A stretch of 64,000 nt of DNA from Patescibacteria group bacterium (GTDB taxonomy: Bacteria > Patescibacteriota > UBA1384 > XYA2-FULL-43-10), in the NCBI GenBank assembly GCA_041674405.1, contig JBAYVT010000001.1:103967-167966 (forward strand), read 5' to 3'. Of this stretch, positions 16,841 through 26,729 are shown piece by piece (the first letter of the stretch is position 1; every line of letters starts with the position of its first letter). The translations under genes were made by a program, and so were the position numbers. Below the pieces are notes generated by a model, which saw only the letters and a list, made by a program, of their open reading frames with translations, made no database searches and was not told the DNA's origin.

Positions 16841-17806
16841 TTATCGTCCTCTGGCTCTTAGATCTTTGTATGTCAAAGTAAGAATTGAGGAAAAAAATCC
16901 GCTGGTAATTCCGGAAATAATCAAGAACACAACAAGTGCAGCACATCCAAATATTATCCAAAAAGCTATTCCCAAGAAATGTGCGACAATATACAGTAAA
17001 TATCCAATTCCAACAACAAATAATCCAAGAAGAGTGGTTACGATCGCGATGGCAATCCCAAGGCCGATGCAAAACCCAAAAACGATCAAATACGACAAAA
17101 CAAAGTGCTGCCAATTTTTATTAAAATACTTACGTCCAACTGCAATTGCTTTGTCAGCAGGTAAATTTTCTAAAAACAAAGCTCTCTCAACAACCGGAAA
17201 TATCAAGGCTAAATAAATAGTGTAAAAAATGAACACAAGGCCAAATAATATTCCAAAAACTATTGCCAGTGTCTTCATTTCGTATATCAAAAGCATGATG
17301 ATTGGAATCAGAAGTACCAAAAAGGGAAGAATTATAATAAAAAACCAAATTACCGAAAGGCTTAAGCGGCGCCAGAATAATTTGTGCCCAAGCAGCCACG
17401 AATCCTTCAATCTTAGATCTTTGCCATCATCAAGCTTTGGAATCGCTCGAATCAAGGCACCCCTTGAAGCTAGCGAGATATATATTAAGGCTGCTACTAA
17501 AACAATGGCCAATATCATAATCCCGACCCAAATATAAATACTGTCAAAAATTTGCGGTCCCATAGAATCAACCAAGGCTTTACCGGCATCCTTAACTTCC
17601 GCTCTTGCCAAGCTGGCGATAGTTCCATTGTTGGGTACCAGCTCCTTTAATCTCTGGTAATCCGGTTGAGCGTTGTTATCGAATAAATAATTAATCTGGT
17701 TTGATCCGAAAGAAAATCCACCCGAAAGCAGACCAAGAAACCAGAGATATTTGTATTTTTTTATAAGGTTAAACGAGCGCTTTATAATACTTTCGAAATT
17801 TATCAT
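16841..17806 (-). CDS. Polytopic membrane protein (hypothetical, ~8 TM)
   Basis: 321 aa and strongly hydrophobic. Overlaps the upstream micro-ORF with ATGA. Confidence 0.5.
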   Translation of the reverse strand: MINFESIIKRSFNLIKKYKYLWFLGLLSGGFSFGSNQINYLFDNNAQPDYQRLKELVPNNGTIASLARAEVKDAGKALVDSMGPQIFDSIYIWVGIMILAIVLVAALIYISLASRGALIRAIPKLDDGKDLRLKDSWLLGHKLFWRRLSLSVIWFFIIILPFLVLLIPIIMLLIYEMKTLAIVFGILFGLVFIFYTIYLALIFPVVERALFLENLPADKAIAVGRKYFNKNWQHFVLSYLIVFGFCIGLGIAIAIVTTLLGLFVVGIGYLLYIVAHFLGIAFWIIFGCAALVVFLIISGITSGFFSSILTLTYKDLRARGR

Positions 17807-17928
17807 CTGATCTCCTGATTTTGCCTTACCGGCTCACCATTCTTTGTATTTACAAAATTAAAATACGCGAACAGGGCAAACCCGATGATGATTACCAACA
17901 AAACTGAAAGCAATATCTTTTTTGACAT
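17803..17928 (-). CDS. Small hydrophobic peptide (41 aa: MSKKILLSVLLVIIIGFALFAYFNFVNTKNGEPVRQNQEIR), translationally coupled (ATGA) to the downstream membrane protein
   Basis: Manual translation. Stop TGA overlaps the start ATG of the 16841..17806 gene. Single TM helix. Confidence 0.35.
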   Translation of the reverse strand: MSKKILLSVLLVIIIGFALFAYFNFVNTKNGEPVRQNQEIR

Positions 17929-17940
17929 ATATCCCTAAGA

Positions 17941-18933
17941 TTAGAAAAGATTTACAATGATGCTTTTATTTTTTAATCCTGAAAGCCAGCTGTCAAAACT
18001 TTCGTCGATAATACCAGTTTTGCTTTCCACTTTGAGAATATGCCAGCCAAAGGATGTTCTGAACGGTTCTGAAACAACTCCGATCGGCTGGGTGAAAGCA
18101 ACATCTTCAAACTCCGTGACCATATCTCCTCGTGCAAATGGATCCAAAAGCCCACCGTTAGTATTGCTGCCTACATCTTCTGAATATTTCGTCGCCGCTT
18201 CAGCAAAATCCAAGCCTCCGGCAATTTGTTTTACAACATCGTCGACTTTTGCTTTTGCGGCATCTATTTGCTCCTGTGTTGCATTCTCGTCAACTCGTAT
18301 CAAAATATGGCGGACAGTTACCCGTTCGATCATATCATTGTTAAATTTATCACGTAGAAGCTGCGATCTGATGAGTTTTTTGAACTGAGCTACATCAAGG
18401 CCGTAAAGATCATTTAATACTTTTTCTACCGATTCGTTACCCCCATTTTGGTCTACAATGCTTTGGTAAGCATCATTTACATCTTTGTTTGAGACCGATA
18501 ATTTATACTTAATTGCTTCATCCGCAATAATATTATTTTCTGATAGCTGTGATAATATTTGCAGGGATAGTGCAGAATTATCGATGTTTTGTTCTCCTGT
18601 CGATGTGTAGAAATGAGTAATATAATTTTTTTCCTCAAAATACGAACTCGCTGTTACTACGCCATGAGACGAAAAGACAACCGGCATTGGAATAAATTTA
18701 ACCGCATCTTGAACGAACTTTGTTTCGGACTTAAATCCATAAAGCATAATTCCTAAAACCAATTCTGCTATGGCGACAACCAATACAACTGCGACTATTA
18801 CGAAATTTACAACGCTTCGGATTTTGGGCGCATGCTTATACGTATGAATCGGCTTCATATTTGCCGCCCCATCCTTTATTTTCGATGCAAACTCTTTCGT
18901 TTTTTCATGAATCCGTAAAATTTTTTCTTTCAT
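17941..18933 (-). CDS. Parvulin-type peptidyl-prolyl cis-trans isomerase (PrsA/SurA-like) with N-terminal membrane anchor
   Basis: PpiC domain HILI...GGLLDPFARGDMVTEFEDVAFTQPIGVVSEPFRTSFGWHILKV. Confidence 0.8.
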   Translation of the reverse strand: MKEKILRIHEKTKEFASKIKDGAANMKPIHTYKHAPKIRSVVNFVIVAVVLVVAIAELVLGIMLYGFKSETKFVQDAVKFIPMPVVFSSHGVVTASSYFEEKNYITHFYTSTGEQNIDNSALSLQILSQLSENNIIADEAIKYKLSVSNKDVNDAYQSIVDQNGGNESVEKVLNDLYGLDVAQFKKLIRSQLLRDKFNNDMIERVTVRHILIRVDENATQEQIDAAKAKVDDVVKQIAGGLDFAEAATKYSEDVGSNTNGGLLDPFARGDMVTEFEDVAFTQPIGVVSEPFRTSFGWHILKVESKTGIIDESFDSWLSGLKNKSIIVNLF

Positions 18934-18981
18934 ATGTCTCCTTATAAAGAAATTTTATACCTATTTGCACGCAAATTCAAA

Positions 18982-19545
18982 TTAGCTGCCCCATGACGAA
19001 GTTAGAAGAAGGACAGCGATCATCATCCAGAACAAGGTTACGTAGGTTGAAAATGAATTCGTTTTTTTATCCGGAATGATTGTAAAACAAAAACCGGATA
19101 AAAGATAAGCCGCGAGGGCAATTATCAAGCTTCTATTGAGCGGGTTGATTAAAAAATAACTTAATATTAAAAAAAGCTCCAGTATAAGCAGGGAAAATAG
19201 CAAAAGATAAACCAGTCTTTTTCGCCCGAGAATTCCCAATTTTTGTTCCAAGTATGTAAATAAAAATCCATAAATCAAGACCGAAGCAAGCATAATAATC
19301 CATAGCGGCAAATTAAAATAGAATAAAAATCCGTATAGAGCAAAGGCAGAGACAAACGATAAGAATATTAAAACTAAGTTTGTGCTTTTTTCTGCCCACA
19401 CTAAATATAGGATTGGCAATGAGATAACCGAGACAAGAATATTTATAGAAAAAATATCATTTAAAAACCAAAAAGCTATAGTAGCCCACAACAATATCAG
19501 AGTAAGAATAATTCTCCGGAGAAGTTTGCTTTTTAAAAATGCCAT
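18982..19545 (-). CDS. Membrane protein (hypothetical, ~6 TM)
   Basis: 187-aa hydrophobic ORF. Confidence 0.45.
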   Translation of the reverse strand: MAFLKSKLLRRIILTLILLWATIAFWFLNDIFSINILVSVISLPILYLVWAEKSTNLVLIFLSFVSAFALYGFLFYFNLPLWIIMLASVLIYGFLFTYLEQKLGILGRKRLVYLLLFSLLILELFLILSYFLINPLNRSLIIALAAYLLSGFCFTIIPDKKTNSFSTYVTLFWMMIAVLLLTSSWGS

Positions 19546-19681
19546 AAATTTTGGTCTAAAATCCTATTTTCTAAATCCTAAACAATTATAAATGTTCAAA
19601 ATCCAAAATATCAAATAATTTCCGTTTTTGATATTTTAAAATTGGAATTTTTGAATTTATTTAGAATTAAGAGTTTCTGAT

Positions 19682-21040
19682 TCAAGGATTTTTATTAAAT
19701 CCTTGGTAGTTGTCACCAATGATAACATCTATATCAACATTATTTCCCGGCGATGTTTTTTGGACCACTTCACAGCTAAGTCTGTTTTTCAAAAATTGTA
19801 AAGTGATTTTCTTTGCCCCGTTTGTATAATCATATATTATCGTCTTCGGATATTTACTTTTGGCCGTGTCGACATTTATGACATTATAGCTATAGCTTTT
19901 AAGAACTTCTGAGAGTTGGCTCCCAAGACCGGCTTTGTTTGATCCATTTAGCACTTCTATTTTTGCATTTTCTTTAGTCAAGTTGGGATCAGTAAATATT
20001 TCATGAGCGATCATCTGAATTTGTTCCCAGTTTCCGGTTTTTGGTTTTAGTATGTATGCCCCATTGGCAGTGCTATCGACAAGCTCACCATCGGATCCAT
20101 TAGTCAAAACCTTGGAAATTATCTTCGATGTATCTACATCTTTTATCAATTTTGCCATTGCATATAATTCATTTGGGGTAAAATCGGTTCTAACATGGTC
20201 GCCAACAACATTTACCAAATCAACAAGCTTTTTCGGATTAGCAAGGAAGCCCAAATTGAAAATCTTATCTTTAACTGCGGCAATTACTTTTTGTTGCCGG
20301 AGCGCGCGGTCGAAATCAGATGTAGTCTCTCTTGACCTTGCATATTTTAATGCGGTCGTGCCGTCCAGATGGTGCTGGCCAGCTTTGATATTGAACGGAG
20401 AATACGATTTCATATCGTCAGCAGGAAAAAAAGGATCGTAAAGATTTTTGTCGACATTTACATCGATTCCACCAATTTGATCAACTAGTTTTTTGAATCC
20501 ATAAAAATCAAGCGAAACGTAATAATGTATTGGTAGATCAAGTATATTGCCAACCGTTTCTTTAACCAGTGCGGCGCCACTGCCTTGCTTTTGCTTTTCG
20601 CCAACGGTATAAATTTCATTAATTTTTACATTGTAATTCTTCTTTCCAGGAACCGGAACGTATAAATCGCGCGGTACCGAAAGCATGGCAACGGTTTTAT
20701 TATCTGGATTGATCGACACAACCATCATTGAGTCTGTAAGTTCCCCACCAGGATGGCCAGAGCCGCCTTTTCCCATCACAAGAATATTTATCCTTCCATC
20801 CCCCTCTCCCTTCAACTCATAATTACTCCCCTTGGCAAAAAACGGAGAGCCGGTAAGATTATTGGGATCAAAGATTTTTTTACCCGATGCTATCAAATAC
20901 GAAAGATATGATCCTGAAACGATAAGAATTGCAAGAACAATCAAGAAAGTAATTTTCCAGCCTTTTTTCTGATAAAAGTATTTAGGCCCAACTGTATGAA
21001 AGTTTTTGTCGTCTCTTTTAGCTTTTCTTCGTAGGAACAT
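19682..21040 (-). CDS. LytR-CpsA-Psr (LCP) family cell-envelope phosphotransferase with C-terminal LytR_C-like region
   Basis: N-terminal TM helix, then LCP core INILVMGKG...DSMMVVSINPDNKTVAMLSVPRDLYVPV. Confidence 0.8.
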   Translation of the reverse strand: MFLRRKAKRDDKNFHTVGPKYFYQKKGWKITFLIVLAILIVSGSYLSYLIASGKKIFDPNNLTGSPFFAKGSNYELKGEGDGRINILVMGKGGSGHPGGELTDSMMVVSINPDNKTVAMLSVPRDLYVPVPGKKNYNVKINEIYTVGEKQKQGSGAALVKETVGNILDLPIHYYVSLDFYGFKKLVDQIGGIDVNVDKNLYDPFFPADDMKSYSPFNIKAGQHHLDGTTALKYARSRETTSDFDRALRQQKVIAAVKDKIFNLGFLANPKKLVDLVNVVGDHVRTDFTPNELYAMAKLIKDVDTSKIISKVLTNGSDGELVDSTANGAYILKPKTGNWEQIQMIAHEIFTDPNLTKENAKIEVLNGSNKAGLGSQLSEVLKSYSYNVINVDTAKSKYPKTIIYDYTNGAKKITLQFLKNRLSCEVVQKTSPGNNVDIDVIIGDNYQGFNKNP

Positions 21041-21088
21041 AAAAAAATCCGATTAAGGTAATAAGTTAATTTTACCAGAAATTGTTTA

Positions 21089-21496
21089 TTAAGTTCTAGT
21101 GCTTTGGGTAATTTTCGGAGGATACTTATACTTCGGCAATACCGGACAATCAAATATTGATCCCTTTATCTGTGAAAACGCTGAAATAATTTCTTTCTTT
21201 CCACCCGGTGATTCGACCCCGACAATTGGTATGTTTAGGGCAAAGGCCATGGAGTTAAGAGTGGCAAGCCCTATTCTAAGCCCAGTATATGAACCTGGGC
21301 CAGGAACCGCCATAATAATTTCAATATCTTGTTTGCTAATCGCGTGTTTTTTTAACAATTTATCAATCGAAAATATTAAAAGCTCAGATTGCATCCCCTT
21401 GCTTTCAAACTTAATTTCGTCGATTTTGACAAAATCTTTCTTGCAAAACAATGCAATGATGGTTTGGTCAGAGGTTGTATCAGTAAATAGGATCAT
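21089..21496 (-). CDS. tsaB: tRNA t6A biosynthesis protein TsaB (short form)
   Basis: TsaB N-terminal region IIMAVPGPGSYTGLRIGLATLNSMAFALNIPIVGV. Confidence 0.75.
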   Translation of the reverse strand: MILFTDTTSDQTIIALFCKKDFVKIDEIKFESKGMQSELLIFSIDKLLKKHAISKQDIEIIMAVPGPGSYTGLRIGLATLNSMAFALNIPIVGVESPGGKKEIISAFSQIKGSIFDCPVLPKYKYPPKITQSTRT

Positions 21497-21499
21497 GGT

Positions 21500-21916
21500 T
21501 TAATCGTTAATAATAATTTTGCGTTCATTTTCTGAAATATATTCAAATGAAACTTTTTTTGAATTTTTAGGTAAAATTTCTTCAATATTTTCAGGCCACT
21601 CAATTACAATAATCTCATCGTTTTTTGCTAAATCTTCCAAAAGACCTATCGATTCCGCATCTTCTTTTGAACCGATGCGATAGCAATCAAAATGAACTAA
21701 ACTCCCTGATTCCATCGGATATTTTTTACAAAAAACAAAGGTTGGGCTTGTAATTTCCTCCTTGATTCCAAGGGCCTGCGCCAAACCTTTAGTAAAGGTT
21801 GTTTTGCCTGAACCAAGATCGCCAAAAAGCAGGGCGACATCGCCAGGCTTTAAGCTTTTTCCAAATTGATAACCAGCTCTTCTTGTTTCATCGGCTGATT
21901 TTGCTGCAATCTCCAT
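21500..21916 (-). CDS. tsaE: tRNA t6A biosynthesis ATPase TsaE
   Basis: P-loop GDLGSGKTTFTKG, typical ~140 aa. Confidence 0.85.
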   Translation of the reverse strand: MEIAAKSADETRRAGYQFGKSLKPGDVALLFGDLGSGKTTFTKGLAQALGIKEEITSPTFVFCKKYPMESGSLVHFDCYRIGSKEDAESIGLLEDLAKNDEIIVIEWPENIEEILPKNSKKVSFEYISENERKIIIND

Positions 21917-23463
21917 TTTTGACTAAGCTCCAGATAATTAATCGGCTGGTCATATCCCGAAGTTGGCAATCTTCCTGAAGTCAAAATTTTAACACCATCC
22001 TTAAAAAAAGGCAATATTCTATACTCATTTTTATATTGCGATACAATTCCGGAAATTCGAACTTTGTCACCTTTTTTCATCTTAGGTTTCTTAATTCCGG
22101 TCGACTTTCTAATCAATACCTTTAATTCTGCCCCATCAGAAATAATAAATGTGCTGCCAGATGTTTGCACAACAATCCCCTCCGTTGTAATTATTTTACC
22201 TTCAAATTTTTCTCCCACATCGGCAATATTTATAAATTGCGGAGTCACTGGTGAGAGCGCGTAATCGATTATAATGATATCGGCTGGGTTAGAAATTTTA
22301 ATTCTTCTTTCTGAGCTTGTTTCCAAGAGAACACCAACTACTGAAACCCTCAAGCCACTTTGTAAATTTGGAAACGATTTATCGCTTGAATAAACCTGGA
22401 TACCGGCAGTATCATCTTCTATATAAAACGAATTAGAAGAAAGTACACCCGGCGACGCAGTAACAACACCGGAAATTGTAACCTTATCTTCGTTCTCCAT
22501 TTTTCTGGCCTCGGATATCGGAATAATCTCCTGGGCGATGTTTAAAAATGAAAATCCAATATTTTCTCGTCCTGGCGTAACATTATTTGTCCAGTCAAAT
22601 ATTCCGGAAATTTTTGAAAAACTTTGGCCAATTTTCGCTTTTAAATAATCTACATTTGATTTGATCGTATTATCGGGATCTAGAAGTAAGACTCTGTCAC
22701 TATCATCGTTTAAAGATATACCCGTAGTAAAATTATAGAATGCTAAATATTGCGTTGGCAGAAGGATTGTTCCTGGGGGAATTTTAAATTTTTTTACTGA
22801 TCCAAGGGTGTCTTCAAGGCTCCAGCCGCCGATATCTACAGGATCGCTACAATAATTGTAAATCTCAATAAATTCATTCTTGGCTCCATTCTCGGGGTGT
22901 GGTAAAATTTCTGAAATTTCCACACAATCAGGGGAAGGAGTCGGTTCGACCAATAAATTTTCACCACCTTTTGTTAAGGGGATTATTCTAAAGTCTGAAA
23001 AATCTAAATCAGAATCGTAGCCGTTTGGAATCCTTCCAATCGATTCTCCCTTCGCTGGAACCGGTGCATTATTCGAAAGTGGTCCGAAGGTTACGCGATC
23101 AATTTCCAAATCTTTATTTTTCAAAACCAAGGTCGAACCGCTATTTGCTAGCCAATTTGTGCCAAGATTACAAACATAATAATTACCGGAAACAGGACAC
23201 ATTGTTTCCGTAAGCTGTTTTTCATATTTGCTTCCGCTATTGGTAATTTTAACAAGGAAGTAGTCAGATAAATTTATCGGAAGATTAATTGGATTAAAAA
23301 TTTCTGCCCATTCAGTATCCGCACCATCTGAAATTTGATTTGGATAAACTTCATTGATAATCAGATGCTCCTCGGCTTTTGCATTGCTTGGTAACATAAA
23401 AATAACACAGACAATAAACATGAAAGTGCCCATGACGAATTGAAACAACACCCCTCTTCTCAT
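21850..23463 (-). CDS. Secreted protein with two lamin-tail (LTD) domains and a C-terminal beta-rich/OB-like region
   Basis: Signal peptide. Two LTD signatures IINEVYPN...EWAEIFN and ISEILPHPENGAKNEFIEIYN. Its 3' end overlaps the tsaE start by ~67 nt. Confidence 0.6.
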   Translation of the reverse strand: MRRGVLFQFVMGTFMFIVCVIFMLPSNAKAEEHLIINEVYPNQISDGADTEWAEIFNPINLPINLSDYFLVKITNSGSKYEKQLTETMCPVSGNYYVCNLGTNWLANSGSTLVLKNKDLEIDRVTFGPLSNNAPVPAKGESIGRIPNGYDSDLDFSDFRIIPLTKGGENLLVEPTPSPDCVEISEILPHPENGAKNEFIEIYNYCSDPVDIGGWSLEDTLGSVKKFKIPPGTILLPTQYLAFYNFTTGISLNDDSDRVLLLDPDNTIKSNVDYLKAKIGQSFSKISGIFDWTNNVTPGRENIGFSFLNIAQEIIPISEARKMENEDKVTISGVVTASPGVLSSNSFYIEDDTAGIQVYSSDKSFPNLQSGLRVSVVGVLLETSSERRIKISNPADIIIIDYALSPVTPQFINIADVGEKFEGKIITTEGIVVQTSGSTFIISDGAELKVLIRKSTGIKKPKMKKGDKVRISGIVSQYKNEYRILPFFKDGVKILTSGRLPTSGYDQPINYLELSQKWRLQQNQPMKQEELVINLEKA

Positions 23464-23466
23464 CGG

Positions 23467-24438
23467 TTATATCCCCTTATAAAAAATCTCATTATTGCGA
23501 ATAAACGATTGCATCAATCGTTTTAGAAAAGGATCAGAGATTTGGCTCTTGTATTTATTGATTGCAGACTCCTTGGAATCGATTTGCCCGCGCGTAAGGT
23601 TAAATTTATACCAAATTCTCGCACCAGAGGTAAGCCTTACTGGTGGTGTAATTGATTTATCCTTATGTAGACCCGAATCACTGGGAAAATTTCTGTAGTG
23701 GACAAGGTAGCTAAAATATGCCGCATTCGATCCTGTCTCTCCCACCCCTTTCATAACAAATTCCCCCGTTGCCCGATGGTCGGAATGCCGATCATAAATA
23801 CTGGTCGCAAGAACAATTGTTGGTTTATAATTTTCGATAATATCTTTAATATTTTTATCAAGGTTTTTGCCGGTATACGATACATTTGGTAAATAAGAAT
23901 TATTATAAGGGGTCGAGCTGGTGTGGGTATATGGTGACTCATAGGGCCTAGACCAGTTTTTCACAAACAAACTGTAGATACCGCGGTCAGGATAACCCAA
24001 AAAAATTATATTATCGTTGTGTACACCGAGGACCGACAGAGCGTTTTTGCTTTCATCCTGACGCTTATAACCCGATGAAATATAATCAGATGCGCTGGGA
24101 TATAATTTTCTAAATTCTTCAGCAGTCGTGAAATGATGGCCATCACCATTGGTTATAAAAACGACAATAACTTTTGCCCCATTTTGTACTGCTTGAGCAA
24201 TATATCCTCCGGTACCCAAAATCTCATCATCATTGTGCGGAGCAAAGATGAGGATTGTATCATTCTCTCTCGGGTCCGGCATGTTTGGCATAAAATTAAG
24301 AGATGCACTAGGGGCTGAAGCATAACTGCGCAGAAAAATTATATTGCCAATAAAAATCAAAACAAGAGCCGCAAGAACCCAGAACCACCTGGCCTTATAA
24401 ATTCTTTTGAAATCTTTTTGGTTTTTTACCTTAAACAT
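23467..24438 (-). CDS. PIG-L/LmbE family N-acetylglucosaminyl deacetylase, membrane-anchored
   Basis: APHNDDEILGTGG and HSDHRATG motifs. Confidence 0.8.
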   Translation of the reverse strand: MFKVKNQKDFKRIYKARWFWVLAALVLIFIGNIIFLRSYASAPSASLNFMPNMPDPRENDTILIFAPHNDDEILGTGGYIAQAVQNGAKVIVVFITNGDGHHFTTAEEFRKLYPSASDYISSGYKRQDESKNALSVLGVHNDNIIFLGYPDRGIYSLFVKNWSRPYESPYTHTSSTPYNNSYLPNVSYTGKNLDKNIKDIIENYKPTIVLATSIYDRHSDHRATGEFVMKGVGETGSNAAYFSYLVHYRNFPSDSGLHKDKSITPPVRLTSGARIWYKFNLTRGQIDSKESAINKYKSQISDPFLKRLMQSFIRNNEIFYKGI

Positions 24439-24440
24439 AT

Positions 24441-25496
24441 TTAAATTATTAACATTGCATCACCATAAGAATAAAAACGATATTTTGAATTGATAGCAAA
24501 TTCATACGATTTCTTTATATTTTTTTCTCCAGCAAAAGCCGACACGAGCATAAGTAGGGTTGACTTTGGTAAATGAAAATTGGTCACCAATGCATCAATA
24601 CTTTTAAATTTATAGCCTGGATAAATAAAAATGTCGGTCCAACCGGAAATTGCTTCGCTTTGGCCTTTTACTTCGTGCTTTTCGCTGTTAATTTCAATTT
24701 GGCCGAACGCTGTTTCAAGCACTCGAGCCGTAGTCGTGCCCACTGCAATAATCCTGCCACCATTATTTTTTGTCTGTAGAATTTTTGAGATCAGTTTTTT
24801 ACTAATCTCAAAATATTCGCTATGCATTTTGTGGTCTTTAATGTCATCAACTTTCACCGGTGCAAAAGTCCCCAGCCCAACATGAAGCAAAACAAATTCA
24901 ACATCGACACCCTGTCCTTTGATCTGTTCGAGAAGTTCTTTTGTAAAATGTAGCCCGGCGGTTGGAGCTGCCACACTGCCTTTGCGTTTGGCAAATATTG
25001 TTTGGTAGTTGTCTCTATCGGGGGCCTCGCTTTTACCTTTTCGAATATATGGCGGAATTGGAATAAGGCCAATTTTTTCTATTTCAGAGATAAACCGGTC
25101 TCCGCCCAAATTAAACCTCACGATATACATGTCATTCTTTTTTTCTTGTACAATTGCTTCCAATTTGGAGCTTTCAAAAACTACGCGTTTTCCAGATTTT
25201 AGCCTTTTACCTAGTATCTCCCATTCAAAATTATTAATTTGCTTATGTAGAAAAATTTCCACACTTCCGTGAGTCAAATAATTTTTACCGAGAAGCCTAG
25301 CCGGAATTACTTTAGTATTGTTCAAGACCAACAAATCACCAGGTTTGAAAAATTTTGTAATATTTTTGAAAATATCAGATTGTATCTCGCCAGATTCCTT
25401 GTCCAGAACTAAAAGACGCGAGTGGTCCCGCGGCTCTGCCGGAGATTGTGCAATCAACTCCGAAGGCAACTCATAATCAAAGTCTGATAATTTCAT
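24441..25496 (-). CDS. queA: S-adenosylmethionine:tRNA ribosyltransferase-isomerase
   Basis: MKLSDFDYELPSELIAQSPAEPRDHSRLLVL... matches QueA over its full length. Confidence 0.95.
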   Translation of the reverse strand: MKLSDFDYELPSELIAQSPAEPRDHSRLLVLDKESGEIQSDIFKNITKFFKPGDLLVLNNTKVIPARLLGKNYLTHGSVEIFLHKQINNFEWEILGKRLKSGKRVVFESSKLEAIVQEKKNDMYIVRFNLGGDRFISEIEKIGLIPIPPYIRKGKSEAPDRDNYQTIFAKRKGSVAAPTAGLHFTKELLEQIKGQGVDVEFVLLHVGLGTFAPVKVDDIKDHKMHSEYFEISKKLISKILQTKNNGGRIIAVGTTTARVLETAFGQIEINSEKHEVKGQSEAISGWTDIFIYPGYKFKSIDALVTNFHLPKSTLLMLVSAFAGEKNIKKSYEFAINSKYRFYSYGDAMLII

Positions 25497-25565
25497 ATTT
25501 TTAACTTAAATGTAATTACTAACACTCACTGGTTTTAAGTTTTCAGTTATTAGATATTAATTAAA

Positions 25566-26447
25566 CTATAAGTCGATTTCTTCATTTTCGCGTAATTCTT
25601 TTTCATCTTTTAAATCTTTGAAATTTTTATTCTCAACTTCATTTTTTTTAGCAGGCTCGCCCTCCGCTTGTTCATTCAAGTCGGAATGTGAAGATTGGTT
25701 TTCAGTGTCATTCTCTTTTTTTGAAGATTCTATGCCGGAAATAATGTGTGAACTATGGCCTCTTTCAGATATTTGTTTAAGATCATTAGCACTAACTCCG
25801 GTATCAAGCGGTTCTCGCCCCCTAAAGAAATCTTTTGTCCTTTTCCTTGCCAGATCCAGGACTTCCGGATGGAAAGTTTCATTAAAATCCCCCTCTCCCA
25901 ATTCCAACTCTTCGCGCTGGCTTTCTTCAAGTTGGGCTTCATGAAGATCAACAATCTTTTTCGAAATGATATATGGGTGGGGAACCGACCGAAATACGAA
26001 GTTTTCGCGCTCTCCTGCCGTCTGAATTGTCACGTCCCCGTAATGAAACATAGTCGAAAAAAAACCTTCCTCTTTTGCACTCACATCCTGTACCTGATGA
26101 AGATGAAGTTCGGCAATATCTCGCTTAAAAAATCCATTTTGAGAAATGTCCACAATTCTTTCATTCGTCACGATATATACGTCCAGATAATAATCTACAA
26201 AACCAAAAAGCATGGTGCCTAAAATTATCAGGAGGTATGCGGGAATGACCAAATAAAACAAATCCACAACTTGCGGAGAAAATATCACAGACGGGCTCGT
26301 CGCATATACCAGAAAAATAATCAATGGAATTAGCATAAACACAAATAGCGCCACAAAAATTCCATATGTAACCCAGTGCCTTCGAAGCAGCAAAAAAACT
26401 TTTTCTTCAGATTTTTGTCCCGGAAAATATCTCCCCGTGATTGGCAT
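25566..26447 (-). CDS. Bacterial PH-domain (bPH_2/YdbT-like) membrane protein with acidic C-terminal tail
   Basis: Two TM helices then DVYIVTNERIVDI..., with a long E/K/D/N-rich C-terminus. Confidence 0.6.
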   Translation of the reverse strand: MPITGRYFPGQKSEEKVFLLLRRHWVTYGIFVALFVFMLIPLIIFLVYATSPSVIFSPQVVDLFYLVIPAYLLIILGTMLFGFVDYYLDVYIVTNERIVDISQNGFFKRDIAELHLHQVQDVSAKEEGFFSTMFHYGDVTIQTAGERENFVFRSVPHPYIISKKIVDLHEAQLEESQREELELGEGDFNETFHPEVLDLARKRTKDFFRGREPLDTGVSANDLKQISERGHSSHIISGIESSKKENDTENQSSHSDLNEQAEGEPAKKNEVENKNFKDLKDEKELRENEEIDL

Positions 26448-26463
26448 AGTTCTCCTTTTAAAT

Positions 26464-26703
26464 TCAAGTTAGGCTAATGCTTGCCGGCCAAGACCTGGTT
26501 AAAATAAGAATTAAGGAAACTACAATAATAGTTGTTGTAAATACAGAATATATGATTATCACAGGCTTTGTGAGATCTCCCACATACCCGAAACGCCATA
26601 AGTGATAAACACCCATTATGCTATAGACGATGAACAGGACTATAAAGATAAGGTAAGTGATTAACAAGTAAAGCATGGCGAAATTCCTGATTACAAATGA
26701 CAA
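26464..26703 (-). CDS. Small membrane protein (79 aa, 2 TM)
   Basis: Hydrophobic ORF, tightly spaced after the downstream gene. Confidence 0.4.
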   Translation of the reverse strand: MSFVIRNFAMLYLLITYLIFIVLFIVYSIMGVYHLWRFGYVGDLTKPVIIIYSVFTTTIIVVSLILILTRSWPASISLT

Positions 26704-26729
26704 AAAACTAAGTTATTTGATATTTGATA

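Noticed and set aside
16788-17537. Plus-strand ORFs 16788..17216 and 17229..17537 and minus 16827..17114
   Set aside because: They overlap the well-formed 321-aa membrane protein gene (16841..17806-) in other frames.
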